DNA of 64,000 bases from Eledone cirrhosa (lineage: Eukaryota). Position numbers and translations under genes: made by a program. Below the pieces are notes generated by a model. That model had not been told where the DNA came from, ran no database searches, and saw only the letters and a program-made list of their open reading frames with translations. This document shows, in pieces, positions 14,503 through 32,562 of the stretch (position 1 is its first letter; each line of letters starts with the position of its first letter). Location of the stretch: assembly GCA_964016885.1 (NCBI GenBank), contig CAXHJY010000413.1, positions 1 to 64,000 of the forward strand, read 5' to 3'.

Positions 14503-14547
14503 AACGATGTACTAGTTTCAAGCTTGTTAGCTATCATCAGCACCGTT
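14503..14547 (-). ncRNA. Type I hammerhead ribozyme, array copy 3
   Basis: Identical to copy 1. Confidence 0.88.
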
Positions 14548-14984
14548 TACCCATCTGCCAGATAGTCGAACGTTCGAAAGTATATACTTTCCTTATGAAA
14601 ATTAACGGCTGAGCAGCCTAATTTGCATATTGAGTGAGTTAAATCGGTCAGGCATACCGAAAACGATAAGTTGAAAAAAATGAAAACGAAATTTCATTTC
14701 TCACTCTTAGTATGGCACTTACTTAAATGTAAGTATGTATGTATACGTACATACATATACGTATACAGACGTACAGTAGCATGCATATATATACATATAT
14801 ATATATATACATATATATACATATATACATACAGGTACACATACATATATGCACGCATCAGTTTAGCGGACGTTTATTACAACGCCGCTTTGTTCGTTTG
14901 TTTGTCAACAAACCGAACAGCCTGAATTTATGCCATACGGTGTTAAGGCAACCACGTCACCTTTTTGTTCAACACTGACACAGG

Positions 14985-15029
14985 AACGATGTACTAGTTT
15001 CAAGCTTGTTAGCTATCATCAGCACCGTT
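14985..15029 (-). ncRNA. Type I hammerhead ribozyme, array copy 4
   Basis: Identical to copy 1. Confidence 0.88.
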
Positions 15030-15259
15030 TACCCATCTGCCAGATAGTTGAACGTTCGAAAGTATATACTTTCCTTATGAAAATTAACGGCTGAGCAGCC
15101 TAATTTGCATATTGAGTGAGTTAAATCGGTCAGGCATACCGAAAACGATAAATTGAAAAAAATGAAAACGAAATTTCATTTCTCACTCTTAGTATGGCAC
15201 TTACTTAAATGTAAGTATGTATGTACACGTACATACATATATGTATACAGACTTTCAAT

Positions 15260-18200
15260 TCAGGATTTTGGCACCATGGCCCATTCGAGAAGAGAATTAC
15301 TGTTTGCGGAGACATATCCGGGTGTGGGTGGTTTGTCCGGGATCACTTGGAGGAATTTGTCCAAAGACTTCTTGAATTTTGTGTGGTGAGTTTCTGTTTT
15401 GACGTGTCCTGGTGTGATGTTGAAGCGAGCAGGGCCAATTGAGGTGAAATAATTGTGCCGTATTGTTGTTATGAGTTGCGATTTAGATTTTTGTATGGGA
15501 CGGATAGCACGGGGCCCAAGCCTTGGGTGTATTTTGAAGGCGATGCCAACATCATTTGGGCAGTGATGATGGAACATTTTCCACATCATGCAGATAATAT
15601 AACGCTCACGGCGACGTTGGAGTGAGTAAAGTTTCAGCTTTTCTAGTCGACCCCAGTAGTCAAGGTCTGACATGCCATCTATCTTTTTCGTGATTGCCCT
15701 TTGAGGAGCTTCAAGTTTCATGATACTTTGTTTCGTGTGGGGAGATCACAGTGGACAACAGTATTCAAGGTGTGGTCGGGCAAAAGTAGAGAAGAGAAGG
15801 ATAATGGTGTGGGAATCTCTCGACTGGAAGGTTCTGAGGATCGAGGAACACATTCTGCGGGCCATGTCAACTTTGCTGCTTATATGCGTGGCCCAGCTTA
15901 TGTTGCTGTCCACGGTTACTCCCAAGTCTCTGATGTTGTTAGATGCCACGAGAGTTTCCCCGGAGGGAAGGGAGTACGGGAGTTTCAGAGCATCCTCTTT
16001 TCCAAAGTGGATCAGTTCGAATTTGTCTTCGTTCAGTAACATGTTGTTCTTTTCCGCCCATTGGGTAACAGCCAGTAGGTCTGACTGAAGGCTTATCCGG
16101 TCATCCACGCCATTGATGACCTTTTGGAGCTTGGAATCATCAGCGAAAATTTTAATGTTTCTGTGTTTGATGATGTCAGTGATGTCATTAATATAGATGA
16201 TGAAGAGAAGTGGGCCCAACACAGTGCCTTGTGGGACCCCACTACTGACTTTGGCTGGGCTGGATTTGACTCCTTCAACTACAACATGTTGGGTTCTGTT
16301 TGACAGGAAGCTCTTGATCCACTGCAGCAGCTTTCCACTGACACCAATATTGGACAGTTTTCTCAGTAGAATGTTGTGATCAACCCTGTCAAAGGCCTTG
16401 CTGAAATAAAGGTAGATAACATCAGTGTTGGAACCCTCTCCCAAGGCTCTCAAAATGTCATCAAAGTGATGCAGTAGCTGCGTCAGGCAATCCCTTCCAT
16501 TACGGAATCCATGCTGGTTGGAGTTCAGCATATTGTTACTCTCAAGGAAGTGGGTCATTCGCGATCTCACCACTCTCTCAAATACCTTAATGATATGAGA
16601 GGTGAGTGAGATTGGACGGTAATTCACGGCAAGGGATTTGTTTCCTTTTTTGAAAACTGGGACAACAGACTGGGATAGAAGGTTTTCTGGCACATATCCA
16701 GCATCCAGTGAGTTCCGCCACAGATTGGCAAGAGGAGATGCAAGTTGGTGTTGACACGCCTTCAAGACACAAGCAGGGAACCTATCGGGACCTACTGCTG
16801 AATTATGCTTGATTTCCTTTATTGCCGCCAAGACATCAGGGGCGCCAAACGTTATGTCCGATAAGGTGTAATGGGGAGTAAGATCGCCGATACAGCCCAG
16901 ATCGGCCATATCAGGATTGCTGAAAACAGAGCAGTATTGTTTCTGCAGTATCTCACCCATGGTTTTAGCATTGTCTTGAAGAGTGCCATTTTCATCAATT
17001 AGAGGGCCAACAGTAGAGCCAGTGATTTTGTGTTTTTTTGCAAATGAAAAGAACACTTTGGGATTGAGTTTGATCTTCTCAATGGCCCAGGCCTCTTCAG
17101 CTCTTCTCTGATTGTTGATGAGAGACATCATGTTGTTTTGGAGGTTATGTTTTTTAATCTCTAGTGATGAAATGGCAGTCAAGTTGATGTGTTGCTGCTG
17201 ACAGTATTTCAGCTTGTTGATTTTTTGTTCGTTCTCTTAATTTTCCTGATGAGCGTTTTTCTATTTCTAGGGATTCTGCTCTTAGATTTGTTTATAGTTC
17301 TTAATGGGGTGTGTTTAGCACATATGTTTGTAACAGTGTCCACAAATGTCTGCCAGGACTTTTTGATGTTAGTGGGTGTATGAGTGTGCGTGAAGGACCA
17401 GTCGACATGTGCAAGATCATGACTGATCGCTTCCCAGTTTGCATTGTGGAAATCCATAGCGTCAAACGGATGGACAGGAGAGATGACTTTGGGTTTGTAT
17501 ATTGGACGGTGGAATCTCAGATCACAGAGAACCATGTCATGATCAGAGAGTAGAGTTTTCTCCACTGCAATATTGTGGATATTGTCAGTGTGATTGCTGA
17601 AAATTAAGTCTAGGACGTTTTTGTGGCACCTCGTTGGTTCGAGCACCAGTTGGGATAGGAAGAAATCATCCATGAAGTCAAGAAGCGATTCCACTGCTTC
17701 CCTGTCAGAGGTTGAGGCAGAAGAACCTGGTGGCAGGGTGTTTGTGGACCAGTCAACTCCGGGGAGGTTGAAGTCCCCCATCATTAAGATGTTGTCAGGG
17801 TGACACTCTTGGATGAAACACTTTATGCTGTTGAGGCATTCCTTGAAGCATGGTACAGGCGTTTGGGGTGGCCTATAGAGCCCAACTACTATTAGGTTGT
17901 TGGTTTGACTGAATACAGTGACTGCTTCGCAGTATCCATTAGTGAATATGTTCATAGCCTCTGTTGAGAAAGAATTATGGACATAAATGGCAGTCCCGCC
18001 CTTTCTTCTGCCAGCGCGATCAGCACGGATGGCTTTGAAATTTTTCACTTTCACCTCGGCTTCCAAGTGGAGGTTACTGAGATGGGTTTCAGTGAGGACG
18101 AAGAAAGGGATGTGGTTTGGATGGACATCAATCCAGTCCTCCAGGAATTTGATCTTCCATTTTTGAGTATTGGTGGAAGGGCTGATGCCTTGGGCGTTAA

Positions 18201-18279
18201 GCAAAAATGTAGAGGCGAGAGTGGATGGTTTTAATTGTTTTGGTGTGTTGTTAATTTGTTTGTTTGTTAATGGCAGCAA
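15260..18279 (-). pseudogene. LINE ORF2 (APE endonuclease + reverse transcriptase) in three frameshifted pieces
   Basis: APE: LTETHL, GGTAIYV, YRPP, GDFNLP, LDLIFS, SDHD. RT: NYRPISLTS, FSKAFDRVDH, GVPQGTVLGPLLF, IFADDSKL. CR1-type C-terminus: LYSLQRRRER. Confidence 0.9.
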
Positions 18280-18299
18280 TGGGAGTTTGTGCAGTGGGG

Positions 18300-19200
18300 T
18301 GATAGTGGAGGGTGGTGCTGGGTGATAGCTCGAATGTTTTTTTCCAGTTCTTTTGCCAGATTCATTATGGCTAAAAAAGAGGAAGAAGTTTCCTGTTTAG
18401 AAGACTGTTGGTGACTGTGGTAGTGGTTATTTTTATGTAGGTTATGGTTTTTGTTTTTGCTTTTATTTTTAATTTTATTAATTTTATTTTAATTTGTCCG
18501 ACGGGTCCCCGGGAGATGGGTAAAGGGACAATCCCGGTCTAAACACAATCTGTCTCGCAGGGAAAAGCGGCAGATTTGTGGATTCCTTGTTTGAGTTATT
18601 GGTGGTTGTGTTGGTGTTAAATTAGAGTATGTATTATGGTGGTGGCTGTTTGTGGGGATAGACCGTTTTGTCCTAGGTAAATGGGTGAATTTGCAGCCAC
18701 TATCCGTACATATTCTATAGCGTAGAGAGTAGCGGCAAATGATGGGGTTTCAAGTGGGTGTGTATGTGGGTGTGTGTGTTGTGAGAGGTGTAGATGATGG
18801 TTTGAGTAGGATTTGACGACCTTTGTGGACTGTGGGAGGGAGAGTTCTTGTACTGGTATTAGAAGGTAAATTCCTTGAGATAGCAGTAGGAAAAGATGTG
18901 GTAGTAGTAGTAGTAGTAGTAGTAGGCAGAGAAGATGTTGGCAGTGGTGATGATTGGACTGCTGGGCCAGAGAAAGGATGTGGTGTTTCCTGCTGTGAGA
19001 CAGAGGCTACTGGGAGGTCAATAGTTTCATTTAGTAGATCGGCCATTGTTGATGAATCAAGGAGTGGTTCATACTGTTGTTGTTGTTGTCGTTGTTGTTG
19101 TTGCTGTTGTTGATGTTGTTGTTGCTGTTGTTGTTGTAGCTGTTGTTGTTGTTGCCGTTGTAGCTGCTGTTGTTGTTGTTGCTGCTGCTGGACAGCATCC
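18300..19200 (-). pseudogene. LINE ORF1 remnant with two CX8CX4CX3H fingers and a polyQ/polyT region
   Basis: Manual translation gives ICRYSLRYRICTDSGCKFTHL (about 18680-18742) and ICRFSLRDRLCLDRDCPFTHL (about 18512-18575). Confidence 0.65.
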
Positions 19201-19254
19201 GAAGAAAAAACACACATATATATATATGTATATAAGTATATATATGTATATATG

Positions 19255-19793
<539 letters not shown>

Positions 19794-20056
19794 ATTATCT
19801 CCAAATCGTTTGTCGAGCAATATTGGCCATGACTGCTGCTATGGTAGTAGGCAGGCCGCTGTCTTATTAACAACTCGCTTTCCACTGATTGACCTCGATG
19901 TGATTGATTCTTTTTGAATTTGCCACAGACGTAGAGGCAGTGATTTTCTCAATGGTTAGGAATTCAGTCCACACTTCGCTATTTCCTCTCCACTGAATTA
20001 TTTTTTTAATAAGTTTCCAGAGTCCTCGCTATGCCTGTAAACTTACACGAAAATAG

Positions 20057-20138
20057 ACTTTCCTGACGACGGATTGCTTTTCAATATATTCTTCGGAAAA
20101 TATATTTACTCCATTCCAGAAACTAATTAGTTGGAAGT
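20057..20138 (+). ncRNA. Type I hammerhead ribozyme
   Basis: ACTTTC-CTGACGA-C-GGA...TCC-A-GAAA-CTAATTAG-TT-GGAAGT, with palindromic stem III and a GUU site. Confidence 0.75.
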
Positions 20139-20196
20139 GATATTTTAGTAAGTAAGTTAATTTTATAATTTTCTTATTTTACGTCTCTTATATTAT

Positions 20197-25990
<5,794 letters not shown>

Positions 25991-26194
25991 AGAAAGTGAG
26001 GTTTTTTTTACAAAATGAAAAATAACCGAGGTGTCCTACACGAGTGAAAGTATAAAGAAAAAGAGATGAAATCGAAAATGCAACTGGAGTCTTATTTTTA
26101 AAAAAAATATATATATTTATTTGGTTCCTTTAACGGTTTCGTAGTTCTTCTGCTTTTCAAAAGGTGAGTTGAGATGGAGGGTCTGTAGTTTTTC

Positions 26195-27500
26195 TCACAT
26201 CTGTGAGACGGAGGTACCTGGTTTTTTTACGGAGGTACCTGGTCTTTCTACTATCTTAATATTGAGTTTATGTTTATTTAAGGCCCTTCTAAAATTGTAA
26301 GCTAAATCACCTCTAGGGGTAGTATCGATGAACATTACACTCTGGTATTTATTGCTATCATACCATGAGTTTATTCTATTAGCCTTGTTCCTAGTTCTTT
26401 CTATTCTATTCCAAAATTTGCTCCTATACAAGCGGCAGGTCCCATTTATGTCATTATTTACCATTTTTTCCCATTTGGTTCTGGCTCCTCTATACACTCT
26501 GATTTTATCTCTCTGATTGTAGCCAGAGAACTGCATACGGTGGATGAAGTGTTGTATGTGTCTCTCTAGTTCTTCGGGGTTGCACATGCGGGACACGTTT
26601 CTCATCACCCGTACCAAATCCGCAATCAGTATGTTGATTTTGGTATGGTCCGAAACGGCCGAGTTTCGGTGGATCAGATGTTTGGAAGTCATGGGTTTGG
26701 CATAATGGGAATGGAGGATTTGTTTTTTGTTATTAATGGTATCGATTACCTGTACTAGACACAGAGCTCTGGCTAGAAATATAGTGTATAGCATAAGATG
26801 TACTGAAGGACAATGTAGAGACAAAAATATAGTGTACATAGGTGAGACAGCCCGTAGTGTAGGGGAACGGATAAATGAACACTGGCGAGACCTTCAAGAT
26901 AGTAAAGAATCATCTGTACTCTGCCAACATGCTAAAATAGAACACAAGGGTAAATTAGAGAACATAGAAATAAAAATACAGTAGAATCTACACACAGAAA
27001 AGACGCAATGTTTAGACAAATTACAGAGGCAATAAACATAAAAGAATTACAACCAAAATTAAATAGAAAATATGAGTGGAACAGCAACATCACAACTTAC
27101 AATTAAGGACAAAATGAAAACACACACACACATAGAACAAACAACCAACCAGTAACATGTAAATAAACAAATAAATAAATGAACATAAACACACACAGAC
27201 ACCCGGATGTGGCGCATGCGCAGACTGAGCACACAACACACACACAGAAACAAAATGGCGTAGGACAGAACAAAGGAGAGGCACATAAACAAAGAAAGGA
27301 ATCCCCAGTCACTGAAGAGGTCACAGAGTGTATGACGAAAGAACTATGACAATATATAAACAACTATCTGGTTGTGGAACCAACCAACCAACCAGAAATT
27401 TATAAATTTGTAAATTTATTATAAATTTATTATAATAAATTGAAGTGAAAGCAACTGGTGCGTGTGTTTCTTATTGGCAACATGACCCTCCCAAAGTATA
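26195..27500. mobile_element. Penelope-like element with inverted 5' part (RT C-terminal region on minus, GIY-YIG and pLTR on plus)
   Basis: The minus part 26210-26743 is nearly identical to 39097-39462. The plus part reads NIVYSIRC...YIGETARSVGERINEH. Confidence 0.85.
27308..27350 (+). ncRNA. Minimal type I hammerhead ribozyme
   Basis: GTCA-CTGAAGA-G-GTCA-loop-TGAC-GAAA-GAAC-TA-TGAC, downstream of the GIY-YIG region. Confidence 0.78.
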
Positions 27501-27503
27501 ACA

Positions 27504-27546
<43 letters not shown>

Positions 27547-27663
27547 TACATATATATATAGATATATATATATACATATATATATAGATATATATATATA
27601 TACATATATACATATATACATATATATATATTTATATATATATACATATATATATATACACAC

Positions 27664-27696
<33 letters not shown>

Positions 27697-27699
27697 CAT

Positions 27700-28109
27700 T
27701 GGGAGAGATGACCCCTTAGCCTTTGTAAAGGCAGAATTCTAGGAGAAGGAAAACTCTGATATAACACCTGCAACCCTGATGGTATCCAATGATGTTGACT
27801 TGTTCTTCTTTTTGGTAAATATCATCTTGGTTAAGAGAGTGGGACTGGCTTTGTGCAGTGCCTTTGCTCACTATAAAAGCTTCACGGCACAGGCATTGCT
27901 TTATATCTGGAGATCTCTCTGCACTTGTCGTCACATGGAACCATGGGCCCAGCACTATGTGTCAATAATTGTCACAGGTGTAGTGTTTGTACCAGAGTTT
28001 TCAAGTAGCTAGCTGGACTAAAATGTCACACTCGTTCAGCGCATCGGTAGGAGTTCTCCTACATGGATATAAAGTAGTGGCCGTACTCGAAAACGAGTTG
28101 GCAGCCACT
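27700..28109. mobile_element. Non-coding interspersed element 'X', partial
   Basis: Nearly identical to 56836-57244 and 61096-61506. Flanked by TA tracts. Confidence 0.8.
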
Positions 28110-28193
28110 ATATATATATACATATACATATATATATATACATATATACATATATATATACATATATATATACATATATAAATATACATATAA

Positions 28194-28232
<39 letters not shown>

Positions 28233-28339
28233 TATTTATATATATATACATATATATATATATACATATATATATACATATATATATATACATATATATA
28301 ATGTATATATATACATATATATATATGTATATATATATA

Positions 28340-28382
<43 letters not shown>

Positions 28383-28404
<22 letters not shown>

Positions 28405-29463
28405 GTAGGAGGTGAGTTTTATTGTAGTACAATAAAGCAATGCAGATATCGGATAAGAAGCACTCTACAGTTTGTAGGACTGGAGTATACATAATATAAG
28501 ATCAAAAGATGGTTAAAGGAGTTCCATGTATTTTATTATGCGCATTTCAATTTATTTTTTTCTCTCTATCATAAATCTTTTTAATCTCAATTTCATCCTT
28601 AATTTATTATTTTTTTCTCCCCATCAACGAACTCATTCGTAATACATATTAACTCTATTCGCATATATTATCAATTCCTCCAATATACAAACTTTAACTT
28701 CACATTATTTTTCTCAAATCCTTCTACACACAAACCTTAATAATTTTTCTCTTCGTTAATTTTGAAATTGCCACAACATACCCTTTTTTGACGTTAGAAT
28801 ATTCATCCACAATTATTATTTCTTCTCTCTATCTTCATACATAAATTCCCTTCGTTAATTTTCAAATTCCTTTAATTTATACATTATCTTCCAACGGTTT
28901 CTCAACCTCTCTATGTAAAACAATATATCTTTCTCTCAGTTATAAAAACTATCTCTTTCTCTCTATCACCCATCTCTCCCTCTCCACCTTCACTCTCATC
29001 TCCTCCCCCTTTTTTTCATCCTTTCCACCCCCCTCCCTAAATAAAATACTTTTTCCTCGCACATATCCTCCTTTCGTTAATTTTCAAATTTTTTTTAATT
29101 TATACATTATCTTCCAACGGTTTTCAACCTCTCTATGTAAAACAATATATCTCCTCTCAGTTATAAAAACTATCTCTTTCTCTCTATCACCCATCTCTCC
29201 CTCTCATCTCCTCCCCTTTTTCATCCTTTCCACCGCCCCCTCTCTAAATAAAATATTTTTCCCAATATCACACATCAATCTAAAACCACTTTTCATATGT
29301 TGATTTAAAACTGCACTATCCACAAGTGTTTTTTAGCCTTCATATCATGTTCTCCTGTTTTATCTGATGAAAACACAAATATTATTGCATGATGATGTTT
29401 GTTTTTGAAATGCGCATAATAAAATACATGGAACTCCTTTAACCATCTTTTGATCTTATATTA
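28383..29463. repeat. Solo fold-back pLTR of the 2643-3750 family, with ~55 bp inverted ends and an internal ~220 bp tandem duplication
   Basis: 28496-28550 is the reverse complement of 29405-29459. 28850-29050 is repeated at 29073-29260. Confidence 0.75.
29346..29430 (+). ncRNA. Type I hammerhead ribozyme, same family as 3629-3716
   Basis: TTTTAT-CTGATGA...GAAA-TGCGCA-TA-ATAAAA. Confidence 0.8.
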
Positions 29464-29469
29464 TATATG

Positions 29470-29576
<107 letters not shown>

Positions 29577-29777
29577 TTGGGGAGGGTCATATTTTTGTAA
29601 TATTGCCAGAATTAATAACAGATCACACTCACTGTTTGGTTGGTTTTCGCTTCTCGCTGTCTTTTATATCTGCGATCTAACTTAATCGGTCCTCAATGTT
29701 GCCATTGACTGGCCGACAGTCAAAAATAATACAGATACAATATAGACACAAACACATATATATAGTTTACATAATTT

Positions 29778-29820
29778 ACATAAATCTTTCGTTGCACATC
29801 TGCAACATCGTCAGTGGTGT
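29778..29820 (-). ncRNA. Hammerhead ribozyme, probably degenerate
   Basis: Reverse complement: CCA-CTGACGA-T-GTTGCA-GATG-TGCAAC-GAAA-GATT-TA-TGT. Stem II is perfect; stems I and III are weak. Lies downstream of the PLE ORF. Confidence 0.6.
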
Positions 29821-30086
29821 TATATTTTTTCCTCCTGTTGTGTTGTATGTCTACGCCATTTTTTATTCAGTCTGTCTATATATTTATTTATTTGCTTGTT
29901 TTTTTGTTTATTTTATTTTGTCTTCTTTGCGCATGCGTTTGCGTGTGTTATAGCGTTATGTTTGCTGTGTGACTAGTGTGTATAGTGTTGTGTCTGCTGG
30001 GTGACTAGTGTGTGTTTATGTGCTTGTTGTTATTGTGCTTGTGTATGTATTTATTTATCTTATTTTATTTTATTTTATTTACTTAT

Positions 30087-31538
30087 TTATACTTCTCTTA
30101 GGTCAGTGTTGTTTGTTTGGGTGTTGTTGTTGTTCCACTCATTCTTTCTGTTTAGCTTTGGTCTTCTAATTTCTATTTCACTGGCCTCTCTGATTTGCCT
30201 ATCTGCTGGGTCATTCCTATGTTTAGATATTATTCTAATTTCTATGTTGTCTATGTTACCGTCATGTTGTTGTCTAGCATGTTCGTATAGTACTGACCCG
30301 TTTTTTCGTCCTTTTAGTTCCCCCCAGTGTTGGTCTATCCTTTCACCTATGCTACGAGCTGTTTCGCCTATGTATGTTGTTGTCATGTTTCTGCAAGTAC
30401 CCTCTGTACATCTTATGCTATAGACTACGTTTTTAGTTTTACAGTTTATCCGGGGGTTCACCTTACATATGATACATTTCCTATTGGTACAGTGGGTTTT
30501 CTTAAAAGGGTAGGTTTTGCTGATCAGGGATTTTATGGTGGTTCCTGGCTTTTCTACCACCTTTATTTTTAAGTGGGTCTTTCTCAGGGCCTTTCTACAC
30601 TGGTTAGCTAATTTCCCTCCAGGGGTGGCGTCCACAAACATGACACTCTGATATCTCTGGTTGTCGTACCATGATGTGGCCTTCCCTATCTTATGTCTAG
30701 CCCTATCTAAGCTATTCCATGATTTGCTTCTGTATAATGGGCAAATTCCTTTCATGTCCAGTTCTATGAGGGTCTTATACTTTTCCATGGCTCCTTCGTA
30801 TACTCTGACTCTGTCTCTTTGGTTGTAGCCAGAGAACTGCATGCGGTTGATGAAGTGTTGGATGTGTCTTTCCATTTCTGTTGGGTCGCACATGCTGGAC
30901 ACATTCTTCATCACTCTTACCAAATCTGCGATCAGAATATTAAACTTAGCATTACTGCACATTGCTGAGTTTTTGAGTATCAGGTATTTGGAGGCCATGG
31001 GTTTAGCATAGTGTGAGTGGAGAATTTGGGCTCTCTCGTCTATAGTGTTAATCCAGAGTTCTGTGTCTAATACAGGTAGTCTATTGTTAGGGTGTTTGGA
31101 AGGGAAGTCGATAGTTACAGTTATACTCTGGTGTATGGAATTAGCTATCTGCTGGATGCTTTCCATCGTGCTACGTTCTAAATCAAACTTGTTAGTGCTC
31201 TCTAGTGGGGGTGTTCTTATAACTATATTGATATCGTCTACATAACGAGAGTACATGATGAGGTCTATGGAGCTTTCATTAAGGAGATCTTTAAGTCTCC
31301 TTTCCCACCATACCATGAAAAGGTTGGCAACATCACCAGCTATGCTGACGCCGATGGCTGCTCCCTCATTTTGGGTGTAGATTTTCTCATTGAACTTAAA
31401 TATGTGGCCCTTTAGGGTAGTTTTGATACTAGCCCCTATTGCATGTGCGACCATTTTTCTTACCTGATCATTGTTTTGGGGGGTCCGTATAGCTTTGGTC
31501 CACCCAATCCACCTTCCCATGGGAGTCTTTTTTGCCAT
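30087..31538 (-). CDS. Penelope-like RT + GIY-YIG ORF (5'-truncated, uninterrupted 483 aa)
   Basis: GAAIGVSIAGDVANLFM, YSRYVDD, LPVLD, CTNRKCIIC, VVYSIRC, YIGETARS, LNRKNEW. Confidence 0.9.
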   Translation of the reverse strand: MAKKTPMGRWIGWTKAIRTPQNNDQVRKMVAHAIGASIKTTLKGHIFKFNEKIYTQNEGAAIGVSIAGDVANLFMVWWERRLKDLLNESSIDLIMYSRYVDDINIVIRTPPLESTNKFDLERSTMESIQQIANSIHQSITVTIDFPSKHPNNRLPVLDTELWINTIDERAQILHSHYAKPMASKYLILKNSAMCSNAKFNILIADLVRVMKNVSSMCDPTEMERHIQHFINRMQFSGYNQRDRVRVYEGAMEKYKTLIELDMKGICPLYRSKSWNSLDRARHKIGKATSWYDNQRYQSVMFVDATPGGKLANQCRKALRKTHLKIKVVEKPGTTIKSLISKTYPFKKTHCTNRKCIICKVNPRINCKTKNVVYSIRCTEGTCRNMTTTYIGETARSIGERIDQHWGELKGRKNGSVLYEHARQQHDGNIDNIEIRIISKHRNDPADRQIREASEIEIRRPKLNRKNEWNNNNTQTNNTDLREV

Positions 31539-31715
31539 TGAGGTTATGGTGGGGGGTCTACCTCTTATAGGTCTACTAGGGCAGAAACATCTAAGGTCAT
31601 GGCTGTCTAGGTAAGATGGGTAATATCTATCCTACGAGGTTACCCTTTAATAAAAGAGTTTGCATACCACAGCAAATAGATGACGAGACAGAGGCACATT
31701 TCACCATAGCTAGAA

Positions 31716-32045
31716 ATAAGATCAGTATTCTTTCAACCCTTACCTATGGTCATGAACCATGGGTAATGACCGAAAGAATAAGATCGCGAATACAATCGCC
31801 GAAATGTATGCATGCATGCATGTATATATGTACGTACGTACGTATGTATGTATGTATGTATGTATGTATGTATGTATGTATGTATGTATGTATGTATGTA
31901 TGTATGTATGTATGTATGCATGCATGCATGCATGCATGTATGTATGTATGTATGTATGTATGTATGTATGTATGTATGTATGTATGTATGTATGTATGTA
32001 TGTATGTATGTATGTATGTGTGTGTGTGTGTGTGTATGTATGTAT
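31716..32045 (+). repeat. RTE fragment joined to (TATG)n, a copy of 56492-56630
   Basis: Identical ~90 bp CAGTATTCTTTCAACCC...GCCGAAATGTATGCATG junction at both sites. Confidence 0.85.
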
Positions 32046-32562
32046 TTTTTGGTCACTGAACTCGGGAATGTCACGACAGAAGTTTGTGGAAGTTACACAA
32101 ATATTTTAGTATATTTTACCAGAGCAATCCTTATTTATATTTTACATTTTACATTTACTTACATCTCAATATAACATGGCTAAATTTCAAATTTTGCAAA
32201 GAGCAGAAAACGGACAAATGAACTAGATACATCTCACTGTCCCCCGCCACCACAATAACGCCTACACTCTCTCCCCACCATCACATGTCATTACCCTATC
32301 TAGACTAAAGTCATCGACCTGTTGTCAAACTCTCTACTCTGTGTTGAATGTGTATATATATATATTTATGTAGGAGGTGAGTTTTATTGTACAATAAAGC
32401 AATGCAGATATCGGATAAGAAGAACTCTACAGTTTGTAGGACTGGAGTATACATAATATATAAGATCAAAAGATGGTTAAAAGAGTTCCATGTATTTTAT
32501 ATTTGATATGTTAATTTAAAACTGCACTATTCACAAGTGTTTTTTAACCTTCATATCATGTC

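Larger units (their letters stand above)
13214..15252 (-). repeat. Hammerhead-containing tandem array (retrozyme or tandem pLTR-like), units of 482/492/478/482 bp plus a partial
   Basis: Unit starts at 13214, 13696, 14188, 14666 and 15148. Length varies in an internal CA/TA microsatellite. One hammerhead per unit on the minus strand. Confidence 0.92.
15253..19210 (-). mobile_element. CR1-like LINE, near full length, disrupted
   Basis: An ORF1 region precedes APE endonuclease and RT regions in the expected order. Confidence 0.9.

Noticed and set aside
13219-15389. Repeated MKKMKTKFHF ORFs
   Set aside because: TTG starts, frame broken by the microsatellite between copies, and antisense to the ribozyme strand.
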